Origin: Candidatus Bathyarchaeia archaeon
Lineage (GTDB): Archaea; Thermoproteota; Bathyarchaeia; Bathyarchaeales; Bathycorpusculaceae
Assembly: GCA_038883855.1 (NCBI GenBank)
Contig: JAVZLH010000006.1
Coordinates: 1-53,564, forward strand
Reading direction: 5' to 3'
Length of the DNA: 53,564 nucleotides
Made by a program: the position numbers and the translations under genes. Position 1 is the stretch's first letter, and the number at the start of each line of letters is the position of its first letter. Below, in pieces: positions 1 through 10,395 of the stretch. The notes below the pieces were generated by a model that was not told where the DNA came from, did no database searches, and saw only the letters and a list, made by a program, of their open reading frames with translations.

Positions 1-621
1 ATAGCCAAGGAAACTATTCGTCTCTTACCAAAAATATTCATAGCGCTCATAATCATTATTCTTACTTTTTTAGTAATTAAATTGCTGAACTTTTCCTTCA
101 GAAAACTACTTAAACTTGCAAAACTGGATGCCATGTTCAAACAGCTTTCTGGCTTTACTCTACCATTTTCAGTGGATAGTTTAATAATATTCTTAGCCGA
201 TTTAGGCGTGGCTTTAATAGCGCTTTATGGTTTGGTTAATCTCTTTTGGGGAGCGCAATATCTTCAACTAATGAATGAAGGTGTCTATTATGGCGCCCGT
301 GTTGTAAGCGTTGTAGCGATCGCGCTAGTAATTTTCGCAATTTTCAACGCGATCATTGGCAGAATTAAAGTTGAATCGAGACTTAGAAGCTACGCTATGC
401 TTATAGTTCTATTATTGATTACTGCCATGCTTATTGACATAACAGCGCTCAGCGATCCCGTAAAAAGCGCATTGACATTGGGGCTGTCGATTGGTGTAGG
501 AATAGCCATTGGCGTTTTTGCGATATGGTTCTTTTTCCACGAACACCTCGACAGAAGTTTCAAAATTGAAAGTGTTAAACCACATGAAGAAAACCAAAAA
601 AGTGGCGAGTATAAGCAATGA
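1..621 (+). CDS. Multi-pass membrane protein, CmpX/TM-helix-repeat-like; 5' end outside window
   Basis: Frame is open from base 1 (IAKETIRLLPKIFIALIII...). Several hydrophobic helices. Stop overlaps the next gene's ATG (ATGA 618-621). Confidence 0.7.
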   Translation: MAKETIRLLPKIFIALIIIILTFLVIKLLNFSFRKLLKLAKLDAMFKQLSGFTLPFSVDSLIIFLADLGVALIALYGLVNLFWGAQYLQLMNEGVYYGARVVSVVAIALVIFAIFNAIIGRIKVESRLRSYAMLIVLLLITAMLIDITALSDPVKSALTLGLSIGVGIAIGVFAIWFFFHEHLDRSFKIESVKPHEENQKSGEYKQ

Positions 622-1123
622 TCGAGATTGCTGGTATAAACATTATCCAGGTAGTTGAAGTAATTATCGCGCTTGTAGTCACATATATTATTGCGAAGAT
701 CATAGTTAGAACTCTAGAAAAAATTTTTGAAAAACACCGTTTCCTGAACAAATTGAAAAAGGAATCGTGAAAATTTCGAAATATACCGTCTACATCATCG
801 GATTTTTCGTGATAGTTTCTTTTTTCGGCTTTGACTTTTCATCAGTGATTGTGGGTTTAAGCGCCTTCAGCATCGCCATAAGCTTCGCAACAAGCACCAT
901 AATCCAAAACCTTGTTTCAGGAATACTAGTTCAAGCAGACAAAGCCTTTAAGATTGGAGATGAAATAAAAGTCCAAAATTTTGAAGGAAAAGTCGTAAAA
1001 ATAAGCATAAGAACAACAGTTCTCGAAACCAGCGAGGGACACACAATCTTCATACCTAACTCAATTTTCATAAACAACGCAGTCATAAGAAAAAACAAAG
1101 AAAACCAAAATACTTCAAACTAA
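618..1123 (+). CDS. mscS: Small-conductance mechanosensitive channel (MscS family), one frameshift at ~730-734
   Basis: ATG 618 gives MIEIAGINIIQVVEVIIALVV...IFEK. Adding one A in the A-run joins TPFPEQIEKGIVKISK to ORF 767-1123, which has MscS motifs (SFATSTIIQNLVSG, FKIGDEI, GKVVKISIRTT, IPNS). Confidence 0.8.
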
Positions 1124-1227
1124 ACCTAGTTCTAACACCCTAGCGTATTATAAAATCAAAATACCAAATCACCTAGCATTAGTGAAGAAGCAACTATAAA
1201 ACCAACTCATCTGTGTACAATTTAATT

Positions 1228-1533
1228 TTAAGGTTTGATCACTATAACTATCTTTTTGACAGCTAACTCGCAGATCTTTCTAATTCCTCTTCTACCTGGC
1301 TCGTAACTCACCTTCACCAGCTTTAACTCCTCTAAACGATGAATTTGTTCACTAACGTAGGCTTCACTCAAATTCAGCCTTTTAGCAATCGTCGAAACAT
1401 CAAGGCGCTCCTCAGAAATCAGCTGAAGAATTCGGAAACTCGATTCGGTAAGAGCGTCAGCTACCTTTAAAGCCTCCTCTCCTGAAACTATTATCCCTTC
1501 CGACGTCAAGACACGCCCCATTAACTCACTCAT
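1228..1533 (-). CDS. ArsR-like winged-helix transcriptional regulator
   Basis: ALTESSFRILQLI...VSTIAKRLNLSEAYVSEQIHRLEELKLV HTH pattern. Confidence 0.8.
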   Translation of the reverse strand: MSELMGRVLTSEGIIVSGEEALKVADALTESSFRILQLISEERLDVSTIAKRLNLSEAYVSEQIHRLEELKLVKVSYEPGRRGIRKICELAVKKIVIVIKP

Positions 1534-1783
1534 TTTAGTGAAGAAGTCTCTTATAACATTTGCTAAACTCGATTAATATAGGAAAAAAGAAATACTTTAT
1601 ATCATGTAAAAGCTAAAATTGGAAATCGTCTTCCATTCAAATGTTTTATTAACACAACTATATTAACGATCTTGGCTCTATGACGTTTTCCTACACCATA
1701 ATTTTCAAGCTTTGCTGTTAATAAGTTTAACCGAAATTTTGTTAGTTTTCGCGTTTTTGTTTTGCGTTGTCTCGTCCAAATTA

Positions 1784-1860
1784 TGGTGCGGCCGCCGGGA
1801 TTTGAACCCGGGTCGCCGGCTTGGGAGGCCGAAGTCCTAACCAAGCTAGACTACGGCCGC
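1784..1860 (-). tRNA. tRNA-Gly(CCC), CCA encoded
   Basis: GCGGCCGTAGTCTAGCTTGGTTAGGACTTCGGC-CTCCCAA-GCCGGCGACCCGGGTTCAAATCCCGGCGGCCGCACCA folds into a cloverleaf with anticodon CCC. Confidence 0.96.
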
Positions 1861-2370
1861 AGTCTCACGCTAAAACATTAATTATTTTGGTGTTGTAAAT
1901 GTTTTTGTTAACTATCTCCTGGTTTGGAGATATTCTAAGCGTTGGATTAGGGTTGAAGGGGTTTTTATAGCTTTTTCCAGCATTAGGATAAACTGGCAAC
2001 TCGCTTCTAATCCAACAGCTTATGTCTAGATCTCCTGTTGGATGCGACATTACAAGCATCCTATGTTTTTAACTTTCCCCATAGTTTTAAGCATTGCCCC
2101 GAAGGATCTTCTCCAGCAAAAACTTCTACTATTATAACTATAATGGCTCGTATTTATAAACGAGTCGCCGGCCTTGAACATCACATCAAAAATCGAGAGT
2201 GACACTTGCCTAAAAGGGAAGCGCGCAGTTAACCGCTTAAGGATAAGGTTTGGACGTAATTCCCATTTATATAAAAAGGCGCGAACCTCTCAAGTCGAAA
2301 TTCATGCAACAATTATTCAAAACGAACAACTTCGCGAAATTTTAATATCAAGTTTAAATAAATCACCTTT

Positions 2371-3510
2371 ATGTTGCGTATTGGCGTTGTAGGTCCAACT
2401 TTTCCGCCTATTGACAGTATAGCGAGAGTAGCTAAGAGAGTTGAAGAGAAAGGCTACGATTCTATATGGTTTCCAGATCATTTAATGGGGTGGTTTCCCC
2501 AAAATATATGGACGCCTGAAATTGTTGGTCCGCTTGCAACCTATAGTCCCCACACTTTTTTTGAGACAACACTTTCCATAGCGGTCGCAGCATTTTCGAC
2601 GCAGAAAATTCGCATGGGAAGTGCGGTCACAGAAGCTATAAGGCATCATCCAGCTATGTTAGCTCAAAGCTATGCGACGCTTGAACACTTAACTAACAGC
2701 AGAGTTATCCTGGGGATAGGCGCGGGAGAACTTGAAAACGTTGAGCCCTACGGCTTAAAATACGAAAAAATTGTAAGCAGACTGGAAGAAGCCATAAAGG
2801 TGATAAAACTCCTTTGGGGAGCCAAACGCGATGAGCTAATAAACTACAATGGAACATTTTTTAAACTGAAAAACGCTGTTTTTGAACTCCCACCATTAAA
2901 CAAAAGACCGCCAATATGGATAGGCGGGGCTGGAGAAAGAATGTGCAAAATTACGGCGAGATACGCGGAAGGTTGGCTTCCGGCAGTTTCAAACGTAGAA
3001 GAGTACCGCGAGAGACTAAACATTGTAAGAGAGGAATGTGATAAGATCGGGAGAAACTTTGGGGAAATAGAGAAAGGTGTGTACCTAAAACTTATAATAG
3101 ATGAAAGGCGAGAAGAGTGTTTAAGGCTGATGAGGAAGACGCCGCTAATAAAGGCTGGGGCGTTACTAACCCCTGCGATTGTTTACGAGAAACTTGGTTA
3201 TACGCACCCGCTTGGGAAAGGCTTCTATCCGCTTACCGATTATGTACCAGCAATTTATACAAAAAAGGATGTTATGAAGGCCATAGAAAATGTTCCATTA
3301 GAGGTTGTTCAAGAAAGCTTCCTCTGGGGAAGCGTGGAAGATGTCATTGACAAACTGGACAAGTATAGGAAAGCGGGAGCTCAAACAGTTGTCTTCTGGA
3401 ATTTCACGTTCTTCGGCGACTCGACTAAGGTGAAGAGCTCTTATGCATGTATTGACAAAGTTGTGGAATATTTCAATGAAAAACTGTTAAAACCACCATG
3501 GACTAAATAG
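2371..3510 (+). CDS. LLM-class (luciferase-like) flavin/F420-dependent oxidoreductase
   Basis: GYDSIWFPDH, TLEHLTNSRVILGIGAGE, PPIWIGGAG, ARYAEGWLP motifs. Confidence 0.88.
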   Translation: MLRIGVVGPTFPPIDSIARVAKRVEEKGYDSIWFPDHLMGWFPQNIWTPEIVGPLATYSPHTFFETTLSIAVAAFSTQKIRMGSAVTEAIRHHPAMLAQSYATLEHLTNSRVILGIGAGELENVEPYGLKYEKIVSRLEEAIKVIKLLWGAKRDELINYNGTFFKLKNAVFELPPLNKRPPIWIGGAGERMCKITARYAEGWLPAVSNVEEYRERLNIVREECDKIGRNFGEIEKGVYLKLIIDERREECLRLMRKTPLIKAGALLTPAIVYEKLGYTHPLGKGFYPLTDYVPAIYTKKDVMKAIENVPLEVVQESFLWGSVEDVIDKLDKYRKAGAQTVVFWNFTFFGDSTKVKSSYACIDKVVEYFNEKLLKPPWTK

Positions 3511-3619
3511 CACTATGGACTGGTCATATGGCAATGCTAAAAACCAAAAGAGTTTAACAAAATATTCATTAAAGAAGTCGGTAAAAGTTGAGGCTATGTA
3601 TTTCACATTCGATACAACT

Positions 3620-4022
3620 GTATCTCTACAAATGTCCTAAGGCTTCGATGCATCTTTCAATTGAAGAATATACGTGAACTTTCTCCTTTTCGAGCTGTGT
3701 TTTCCAAGAATCAACCATTTCTTTGAATCCAAGAGATACGCCAATATCGGTTTCCTTTCGCTGTTCTTCTCCTTAAGATATTTTGCAATATTTTCCAAAT
3801 TGAAAAGATGAATAAACCTTGGACACCGCCAACTGGTAGGCTTTTAAGTCCAAAACTTCATCAGAGTTTGGATCGATTGGTAAATTCTTCCATAAAACCC
3901 AGGTCTAGAAAATTTTTCAACCGGAATTGTCAAATTTAAGCGGTTGCGTAACCCATTACAACTGCTACGCTTTCAGTCCGAAAAACACTTTAGTTCGTTA
4001 AACTTTTCGCTTCTTTGGTCAT
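3620..4022 (-). pseudogene. Decayed ADP-forming acyl-CoA synthetase alpha subunit (CoA-binding domain) with large internal deletion
   Basis: Manual translation across frameshifts gives the N-terminus ...ESVAVV...LKNFLDLGF.GRIY.IDPNSDEVLDLKAY, followed almost directly by the C-terminus KPILAYL.GFKEMVDSWKTQLEKEKVHVYSSIERCIEALGHL*RY. Confidence 0.6.
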
Positions 4023-4178
4023 TTTTGATCATTTAAGCTATTGACATTACTTAGCGAAGTCTTGGGTTTCAATACGTTTAGGAAGAGCTTCCTGTTTTTA
4101 CAACGATAAGCATCCATAAAGCAAATTCCAGTGGTATACTATATGGTTTTGGTGAAATTTTGATTTAAAATGAAGCCT

Positions 4179-4532
4179 TTAGCTGTATTCTCTGAATGTG
4201 TAGCCGCATTTTGTGCAGCGCAAAAATTGTGTTGAAGATTCGTCGGCGCCTCTTGTCTGCACTTGCCAAACATAGGCCAGGTTATTTCCGCATTTTGGAC
4301 ATTCAACTCTAACCGTGGGCAATGTCCGCAGTTTTTGTTCTTCCTTGCCGATGACTGCAACAAGTTTTTGAGGGTTGTGCTGTATTACCTTTGCAACCTT
4401 TGGCTCAACTTTTCCACTTTTTTCCTGTTTTTTGTAGCCGCATTTTGGGCATACAAGCATTAGGGCTGCTCCCTTTTGGGTTTTCCCTTTCTTCGGTTCA
4501 AGGCGAGAACCGCATTTTGGACAAAATTCCAT
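4179..4532 (-). CDS. tfs: Transcription factor S (TFS/RpoM)
   Basis: MEFCPKCGS N-terminal zinc ribbon and C-terminal CPKCG...QTRGADE...CTKCG. Start moved to ATG 4532. Confidence 0.95.
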   Translation of the reverse strand: MEFCPKCGSRLEPKKGKTQKGAALMLVCPKCGYKKQEKSGKVEPKVAKVIQHNPQKLVAVIGKEEQKLRTLPTVRVECPKCGNNLAYVWQVQTRGADESSTQFLRCTKCGYTFREYS

Positions 4533-4612
4533 GGCTTTGTACTCCACTGCTCGAATGTTTTCCCTTATCATTGTCCCTTTTAAACCTTTTCTTGTTTCAA
4601 TATTTATTAGGG

Positions 4613-5200
4613 CTAAACTGCGGTAATTCCAGAGGCAATAAGATGTGCCACACGCAAGGCTTCAGGGATGTTGCTTCGGGTGGATGTTAGTTTTAAAATT
4701 TTCTCCGCATCTTCTTTGAGTATTCCTGAAATTTGCATGAAAACTTTCTCGTTTTTGCCTTTACATTGAACTTCAAATATTTCACCAGCGTTTAATATTG
4801 CTTTCCAGCGTTCCTCGCCTTTCGGCAGATTCTTCAAAGCCTTATGGATTTCTTCGAAGTTTGGCTTTTCACGTGTGACTGCTATAACTGGAAGTTTCGT
4901 TTCTACGTTTAACCTATTTATGTCAACGACGTTAAAACCAGCGAAAGTTACACCGTCAAGCATTATCACCCTCAACTGCTTGTAGTGGGGCGAGTTTTTT
5001 ATCATGGAAGTTATTTTATCTGTTGCGTCAAAACCGTCTATTTCAATTTTTGTGTGCATTACGCCGTCAAGCCAATATCCGCCTCGAAAAACAACTCCAA
5101 CAACAGGAACAAGCCTTTTCACTTGAGGAGTAAATATTCCATCGTCAATTCCTAAAACACGAATTTCAGGCTTAATAACCCGAAGTTTTAGGCAACTCAA
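4613..5200 (-). CDS. DUF99 family protein (endonuclease V-like)
   Basis: IRVLGIDDG, DGFDAT, MLDGVTFAGFNVVD, PEALRVAHLIA. Confidence 0.9.
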   Translation of the reverse strand: MSCLKLRVIKPEIRVLGIDDGIFTPQVKRLVPVVGVVFRGGYWLDGVMHTKIEIDGFDATDKITSMIKNSPHYKQLRVIMLDGVTFAGFNVVDINRLNVETKLPVIAVTREKPNFEEIHKALKNLPKGEERWKAILNAGEIFEVQCKGKNEKVFMQISGILKEDAEKILKLTSTRSNIPEALRVAHLIASGITAV

Positions 5201-5277
5201 AAACTATCCCTCAACAACGCTGTTAAAGATATTGTGAGGAAGCGTTATAAGTTTAGTGAAAATGGTTTCTTTCGGGG

Positions 5278-5679
5278 ATGCCAAAATTGGAAGACAGCGG
5301 CAAATATTCATTCTTAAAAGTATACAAAAGTTTGACTGAAGTATTGACAGATCATGGACTCGCATCTTTTGGAGATGCATACACAAATTTTGTTTACTCT
5401 CTTGCATTGTCCAAAAGGAGGGGAAAACCTTGCGGGGTAAAAGTCAAAGGAAGCATACTTGCGCAAGCATTCAGAAAGGCTGGGTTAAGAGAGAGTTTAG
5501 GATCTAGAATTGATAGTCACGCGTTGGCTGACGCGGTTGAGGCGTTAATAGTTTACGCTTGGCTCCGCAGCTTCGTAACGTTAGACGAAACAGTTTCTAT
5601 CCTCGAAAAGGCTGATGAACCACTTGAGGGCTTCACCCATTTACTCAAAACTGTAAAAGATAGAGTTAAGCTTTTTTGA
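5278..5679 (+). CDS. Archaeal ribonuclease III-like family protein
   Basis: GLASFGDAYTNFVYSLALS and ADAVEALIVYAWL RNase III-like signatures. Confidence 0.8.
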   Translation: MPKLEDSGKYSFLKVYKSLTEVLTDHGLASFGDAYTNFVYSLALSKRRGKPCGVKVKGSILAQAFRKAGLRESLGSRIDSHALADAVEALIVYAWLRSFVTLDETVSILEKADEPLEGFTHLLKTVKDRVKLF

Positions 5680-5950
5680 TGGCCTTTTCGAATTCTTTTC
5701 CAAAATTATCGTTTATTTCACGTGCATTTTTTAAGGCTTTAAGCAATACTTCCCTAGGTTTTGTGTCTCCCTTCGTGCGAATGTAAATTATTGGGTTTGA
5801 TGCTAGGGGGTGAGGTATGTCGTATCCAGCTAAGTCTACATCCTCTTCCTCCAATAACCTCTTCTGTATTAAGTTACATAAGCCATGTTCGATTCCTTCA
5901 ACTTCTATTTTAAGCTCGTTTGAGGTTTCCTTTAACACGTTAACCTTCAT
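5666..5950 (-). CDS. rpoL: DNA-directed RNA polymerase subunit L (Rpo11)
   Basis: GIEHGLCNLI...AGYDIPHPL motif; adjacent to csl4. Confidence 0.93.
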   Translation of the reverse strand: MKVNVLKETSNELKIEVEGIEHGLCNLIQKRLLEEEDVDLAGYDIPHPLASNPIIYIRTKGDTKPREVLLKALKNAREINDNFGKEFEKAIKKA

Positions 5951-5973
5951 TTACAAATCTCCTTAACTCCAAA

Positions 5974-6555
5974 CTATCCTATCCCAATTGCATAATCTGA
6001 TGCTATTTTACGCTTTTCAATTTTTCCACATCTAACACATATCATGCTATGCCTTCTCGGCTGAAGCAAATAGCCACACTGCGAACAGAAGGCGAAAAGC
6101 ACCCCCAAATTCTTGTCTTTGGTGGATAGATGGTAAATTCTGTTTTTTTCGCTGATAACCTTTGCCCTCATTATGTCACCTGGCTTACAAACGTTGAACA
6201 TGGACTCTATATACCTCAACTGTACATCAGATATGTGAAGAACTCCTGAAAAGAAACTTGAAAGTTGTTTTTTACCTATTTGAAATATCCGTAAAGTGGC
6301 ATTTTCAGATTGCACATTGGAGACTTGCCCGATGACGATGCTTCCAACCTTTGGAACCTTCACCCCAGGAACCAGCGGATAAACTGAAACGCGCTTGTTA
6401 AGTAAGTCTACAAGGGCACGGCCAATGAAACTAGAATAAATTTTTCCGTCTTTTACGTAGGTTCCAGTGTTCGGAGTGAACTCTTCAATTACACCTAGAC
6501 GCTCGCCTGGAAAAACTAGGTGACCGCTTCTGTGTTCAATGGACTTTGTGCTCAT
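5974..6555 (-). CDS. csl4: Exosome RNA-binding subunit Csl4
   Basis: VFPGERLG, S1 domain (GVLHISDV, PGDIMRAKV), C-terminal zinc ribbon ending EKRKIA. Confidence 0.93.
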   Translation of the reverse strand: MSTKSIEHRSGHLVFPGERLGVIEEFTPNTGTYVKDGKIYSSFIGRALVDLLNKRVSVYPLVPGVKVPKVGSIVIGQVSNVQSENATLRIFQIGKKQLSSFFSGVLHISDVQLRYIESMFNVCKPGDIMRAKVISEKNRIYHLSTKDKNLGVLFAFCSQCGYLLQPRRHSMICVRCGKIEKRKIASDYAIGIG

Positions 6556-6649
6556 TTGAATCCCGTTTTATCCTAATAATCGTTAGGATGCGTTGTTTAT
6601 GAAAGAGCATGACTTTAGTTTATGTGCTCCTCAATAAACTTTTTGATTT

Positions 6650-6964
6650 CTAGAGCATAAGCTTTAATGCATCCAAGCTCTTCATTCCCACCTCAATTCC
6701 GAGATTCTTCGCTTTTGAAGTAACAGCTTTAACCTCTGCGCCTAAAACATCTTCAAATGTTTTCACTCCGCTAACCATGGCCGCTGGTGCACCAAGTTTT
6801 TCGGCAACATCCATGTTCAGAAAACCACACATGATAAAACCTTTGTTGGCGATTATTAGAAGCATCGGAGGGGAGCTCGGAAGTTCAATTTTCACTCCCA
6901 AGCATAACTTGTCATCAACCTTTATTGATGATATGTTAATCAAGTCAAGCGCCTCTTGTGGCAA
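6650..6964 (-). CDS. DUF1805/YunC family protein
   Basis: KGFIMCGFLN...AAMVSGVKTFEDVL...GIEVGM. Confidence 0.85.
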   Translation of the reverse strand: MPQEALDLINISSIKVDDKLCLGVKIELPSSPPMLLIIANKGFIMCGFLNMDVAEKLGAPAAMVSGVKTFEDVLGAEVKAVTSKAKNLGIEVGMKSLDALKLML

Positions 6965-7019
6965 CTATTTTATCCATCAAAACCAAATAAAGATTGTTAA
7001 TGCAAGGAGCATAGAGCTT

Positions 7020-7607
7020 ATGCTAACGAAGCTTAAGCAAAAAGTTCAATCGACGATGGCATCGCAAGCAAGAGTAGCCCATAACATGGGGCTGATACCA
7101 AACGCAATAAGCATCTGTGGCGTCATCCTATCTTTTCTATCAGCTATACTATATGCTTATGAGCATCTTTTACCGGCAACTTTGCTGCTTCTTTTTTCAG
7201 GATACTGCGATGCTTTGGATGGAACCTTAGCCAGACTTTATAAGCAGGCAACATCGTTTGGCGGTTTTCTGGATTCGTTGTTGGATAGGTATGCGGATGC
7301 CGCCGTATACGCGGGCATAATTGTAAGCGGGTTATGCAGCATTCCATCAGGTATAACAGCCCTTATAGGCTCTTTACTTGTAAGTTATGCTCGTGCAAGA
7401 GCCGAGGCAGCCAACGTTAAAATGGAGTCTATTGGGTTTGCAGAGAGAGCAGAGCGAATCATCATTTTAGTTGTTGCAAGTTTGGCAGCGATTTTTTGGC
7501 AACAAGCCATGGAAATAGCTATGATCGTGCTTGCGGTTATTACAAACCTAACGGTTTTGCAAAGGGCGATTTATGCCTACAACAAGCTAAAGGTGGAAGC
7601 TAACTAG
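7020..7607 (+). CDS. pgsA: CDP-alcohol phosphatidyltransferase (archaetidylinositol-phosphate synthase-like)
   Basis: DALDGTLAR...GGFLDSLLDRYAD signature, SYARARAE, AERAERI. Start moved to ATG 7020. Confidence 0.88.
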   Translation: MLTKLKQKVQSTMASQARVAHNMGLIPNAISICGVILSFLSAILYAYEHLLPATLLLLFSGYCDALDGTLARLYKQATSFGGFLDSLLDRYADAAVYAGIIVSGLCSIPSGITALIGSLLVSYARARAEAANVKMESIGFAERAERIIILVVASLAAIFWQQAMEIAMIVLAVITNLTVLQRAIYAYNKLKVEAN

Positions 7608-7894
7608 AATCTCCTTCTTATGCGTAGACGCCGCTCATCCTTAGCCCTAACTTTTACAATGCCGTAATGCACAGCGCACGAAACACAGTAATACTTCGTG
7701 TCCACTGGAGCAGAGATAAACGTGCCCTTTTGGCGAAGCTCCTTAGCCAACGCTGGGTCAACCAGAGAAAATCTTCTAGTAACCTTTTTGGCTTTGTCCC
7801 GCGGCACCAGTTCCCCGCAGTTTGCGCACTGAACGAAATCGCTTTTTCCTTTACCGCCCTTTGACCTTCCGCGGCTTTTCCTTTTATATGGCAT
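7604..7894 (-). CDS. rps26e: 30S ribosomal protein S26e
   Basis: MPYKRKSRGRSKGG...CANCG..VPRDKAKK...YCVSCAVH. Confidence 0.96.
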   Translation of the reverse strand: MPYKRKSRGRSKGGKGKSDFVQCANCGELVPRDKAKKVTRRFSLVDPALAKELRQKGTFISAPVDTKYYCVSCAVHYGIVKVRAKDERRLRIRRRF

Positions 7895-7937
7895 GAATAT
7901 GCACCTTTCTCGTCATAGATATTGCGCACTATCCACC

Positions 7938-8843
7938 TTATATATCTGTCCTCAATTTTAGAAGCGAGGCGATGTTGGCTTTCGCGTCGATTCTTGGAAT
8001 TATTTTTCCTTTGGAAGATGTGAAGAGGGTTGTGACGCCTGGTCCATGGCCTGACGTTACGCAGTTTGTATGCACAACTATGCCTACGGAAACTGCGCCC
8101 TGCCTGTAAATTCTTCCATAGGAGTTGTCGGCGTCCAAAATTGCCACTAAATCGCCGAGTCTTAAATCGTCAAGCCCATACTGCCTTCGCGTGTTTTCAT
8201 CAAAAAGTTGGATGTCGTAGTCGCCCGAATGAGAAGTGTTTGAGCCCAGTCCAGAACCCATGATGGAGGCGGGAACAACATGAGTGACTGGAATTTCAAG
8301 TTTGTCTTCCTTTGGCTTCGGGTTTAGGGCTTCGAGAAAACGTGGGTCCATATTCATGACTTTTACTTCTGGAAAATCCAGAAGCTTCAAACCAACACCG
8401 AAAGCCTTAACGAGAATTTTGTCGCCAAGCATAAGCTTATCCAAAACATCTGGCTGAAAATCCACAAGAACATGTTCTATTCCACCATGCTTTCCAGTTA
8501 CAACCCCCTTTGCCCCTTTAGCGTCTCCGGAAACCACCACGGCCTCGTTTCCAACACATGAGAGCACGTTCAACGCCGTGTTTGCGCTCTGTCCAAAACG
8601 CGGGTCGTTCTCCTTGTTTTCTATGCTTACGCCGGGTTCAACGTGGTCTGCCTCCCATCCGCATGCGGGGTCGCCGACCCTAACATTGTAGGTTATTCCT
8701 CCAACTCCCGGCAAAACTATTGGAACGCCTTCTGCTGAAATGTTGTATATTCCCCGTCCGAAAATTGGGCTGGCCACTTCGCCAAAAACTGAAAGCTTCA
8801 CCAATTTGTCAATATTTATCTTTAACATTTGGTTTTCCTCCAC
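7938..8843 (-). CDS. DUF4438 family protein
   Basis: PGVGGITYNVRVGD, ADHVEPGVS, GKHGGIEH, MGSGLG, GDYDIQ, SGHGPG motifs. Confidence 0.8.
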   Translation of the reverse strand: MEENQMLKINIDKLVKLSVFGEVASPIFGRGIYNISAEGVPIVLPGVGGITYNVRVGDPACGWEADHVEPGVSIENKENDPRFGQSANTALNVLSCVGNEAVVVSGDAKGAKGVVTGKHGGIEHVLVDFQPDVLDKLMLGDKILVKAFGVGLKLLDFPEVKVMNMDPRFLEALNPKPKEDKLEIPVTHVVPASIMGSGLGSNTSHSGDYDIQLFDENTRRQYGLDDLRLGDLVAILDADNSYGRIYRQGAVSVGIVVHTNCVTSGHGPGVTTLFTSSKGKIIPRIDAKANIASLLKLRTDI

Positions 8844-8999
8844 GTTGGAACTACATGCATTAGGCTATTACATGCTAATAAACTCTCTCGGAAAAGGTCA
8901 TTGTAGTTCCACGAAACATAACAAGTTTTAAATGCGAGCTTTTTATTTTGAGTTGAATGAGCACTGTTTCGATGAAAAATGTGGTTTAAGGGCGGAAAA

Positions 9000-9584
9000 A
9001 TGTCAGAGATTGGGTTAAGGTCGAGGATGCTGGTTAAGGACGTGATGAGCAGCCCAGTTGTAACTATAGAGGAAGATGCGCCAGTAAACGAAGTGGCGGA
9101 GCTCATGGATAAACAAGGTTTGGGCTGCATCATAGTTACAAATAAGGAAGGAAAACCCATTGGAATAATCACAGAGAGAGACCTTGTCGTAAGAGTTTTG
9201 GCGAAGAACGCAATGCCAAGCTCCATCAAAGCAGGCGAAGTTATGACTTCTCCCCTCATTACGATTGAACCAGACGCGACAATACATGAAGCAGCGAGGA
9301 GAATGAGCAGATTAAACATTAGAAGGTTAGGCGTTGTTTACAAGGGGCAACTCGTCGGGTTGCTCTCAAGCAAGGACATTTTAGCCGTCGTTCCAGAACT
9401 CATCGAAACCATTCAAGAACGCGCACTTATAGAGGGAGAAAATAGAGCGCAAGAAGCGCCCGAGGAAACATCACCTCTCGCAGGATATTGCGACCGCTGT
9501 GGAGGGTGGTCTGACAACCTTAAAGAAGTTGATGGAGAATTCCTCTGTGAAGACTGCAAGATTGAGTTAGAGGAAGAGGAATAG
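9000..9584 (+). CDS. CBS-pair protein with C-terminal zinc ribbon
   Basis: VKDVMSSPVVT/GIITERDL CBS pair; GYCDRCG...LCEDC tail. Confidence 0.88.
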   Translation: MSEIGLRSRMLVKDVMSSPVVTIEEDAPVNEVAELMDKQGLGCIIVTNKEGKPIGIITERDLVVRVLAKNAMPSSIKAGEVMTSPLITIEPDATIHEAARRMSRLNIRRLGVVYKGQLVGLLSSKDILAVVPELIETIQERALIEGENRAQEAPEETSPLAGYCDRCGGWSDNLKEVDGEFLCEDCKIELEEEE

Positions 9585-9594
9585 AGGCGATTTT

Positions 9595-10380
9595 TTGCGT
9601 GTTAAAGAAATTATGGATGAAAAGCACCCATCTATTTATGATTATGAACTTGCAACCAAAGCCCGCGCGGTCATACGAGATTTTTCTTTAAGAATCCTTC
9701 CAGTTGTGGATGACGACAGAAAATTGTTGGGTGTGATTTCCCGTGGAACTATTATGGTTATTTCATCCTCTGTTTCACCAATAAGCGTTAAGGGCATAAT
9801 GCTAAACCCGAAATTTGTCGCCTCAATCGATGATGATGCAACTTCGGCTGTTAAATCAATGATAAGCTTGGATGAATGGCAAGTTCCAGTTGTAAACTCG
9901 AGCCAAGAAAAAATTTACGCTAGAGTTTTCGGGCTGGAAAACTTTATTGACGCCGTAGTTAGAACAAGTCTAGAAAAACTTGCTAAAGAAGTTTCACATA
10001 TAATGTCTGAAAATGTCGTAGTTTGCTCTCCGGAAGACGAAATTGACAATGTTTGGCGTTTAATGCAAGACAAATCCTTGGCTGGACTGCTCGTGGTAAA
10101 AAAGGATAAGCTGGTGGGCATTGTCACGCAGAAAGACCTCCTGGACAAGGGTGCTTTACTGCCTACGTTTGAGTCGGCGAAGGGGCGTTTTAGGGCAACT
10201 TCAAAAATTTCTTCTGTGATGAAAACTCAAGTTATAGCAGTCAAACCCCAAATAAAGGCTATTAGAGTCGCTAAAATTATGGTTTCGAAAAACATTGGAA
10301 GAGTTCCAGTGGTAGATGAAGATGGCAGGTTAATTGGAATAGTTGACCGTGAAGACATTGTTAGGCTTGTTGTAAAATAG
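9595..10380 (+). CDS. CBS-domain protein (two Bateman pairs)
   Basis: Four CBS repeats (LPVVDD, GIVTQKDL, GRVPVVDEDGRLIGIVDREDI). Confidence 0.88.
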   Translation: MRVKEIMDEKHPSIYDYELATKARAVIRDFSLRILPVVDDDRKLLGVISRGTIMVISSSVSPISVKGIMLNPKFVASIDDDATSAVKSMISLDEWQVPVVNSSQEKIYARVFGLENFIDAVVRTSLEKLAKEVSHIMSENVVVCSPEDEIDNVWRLMQDKSLAGLLVVKKDKLVGIVTQKDLLDKGALLPTFESAKGRFRATSKISSVMKTQVIAVKPQIKAIRVAKIMVSKNIGRVPVVDEDGRLIGIVDREDIVRLVVK

Positions 10381-10395
10381 GAAGGGGTTAGGCAA

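Noticed and set aside
1602-1844. 80-aa ORF
   Set aside because: Shadow of tRNA-Gly and its T-rich flank.
6777-7019. N-terminal extension of the CDP-alcohol transferase
   Set aside because: Antisense overlap with the DUF1805 gene; family similarity starts at ATG 7020.
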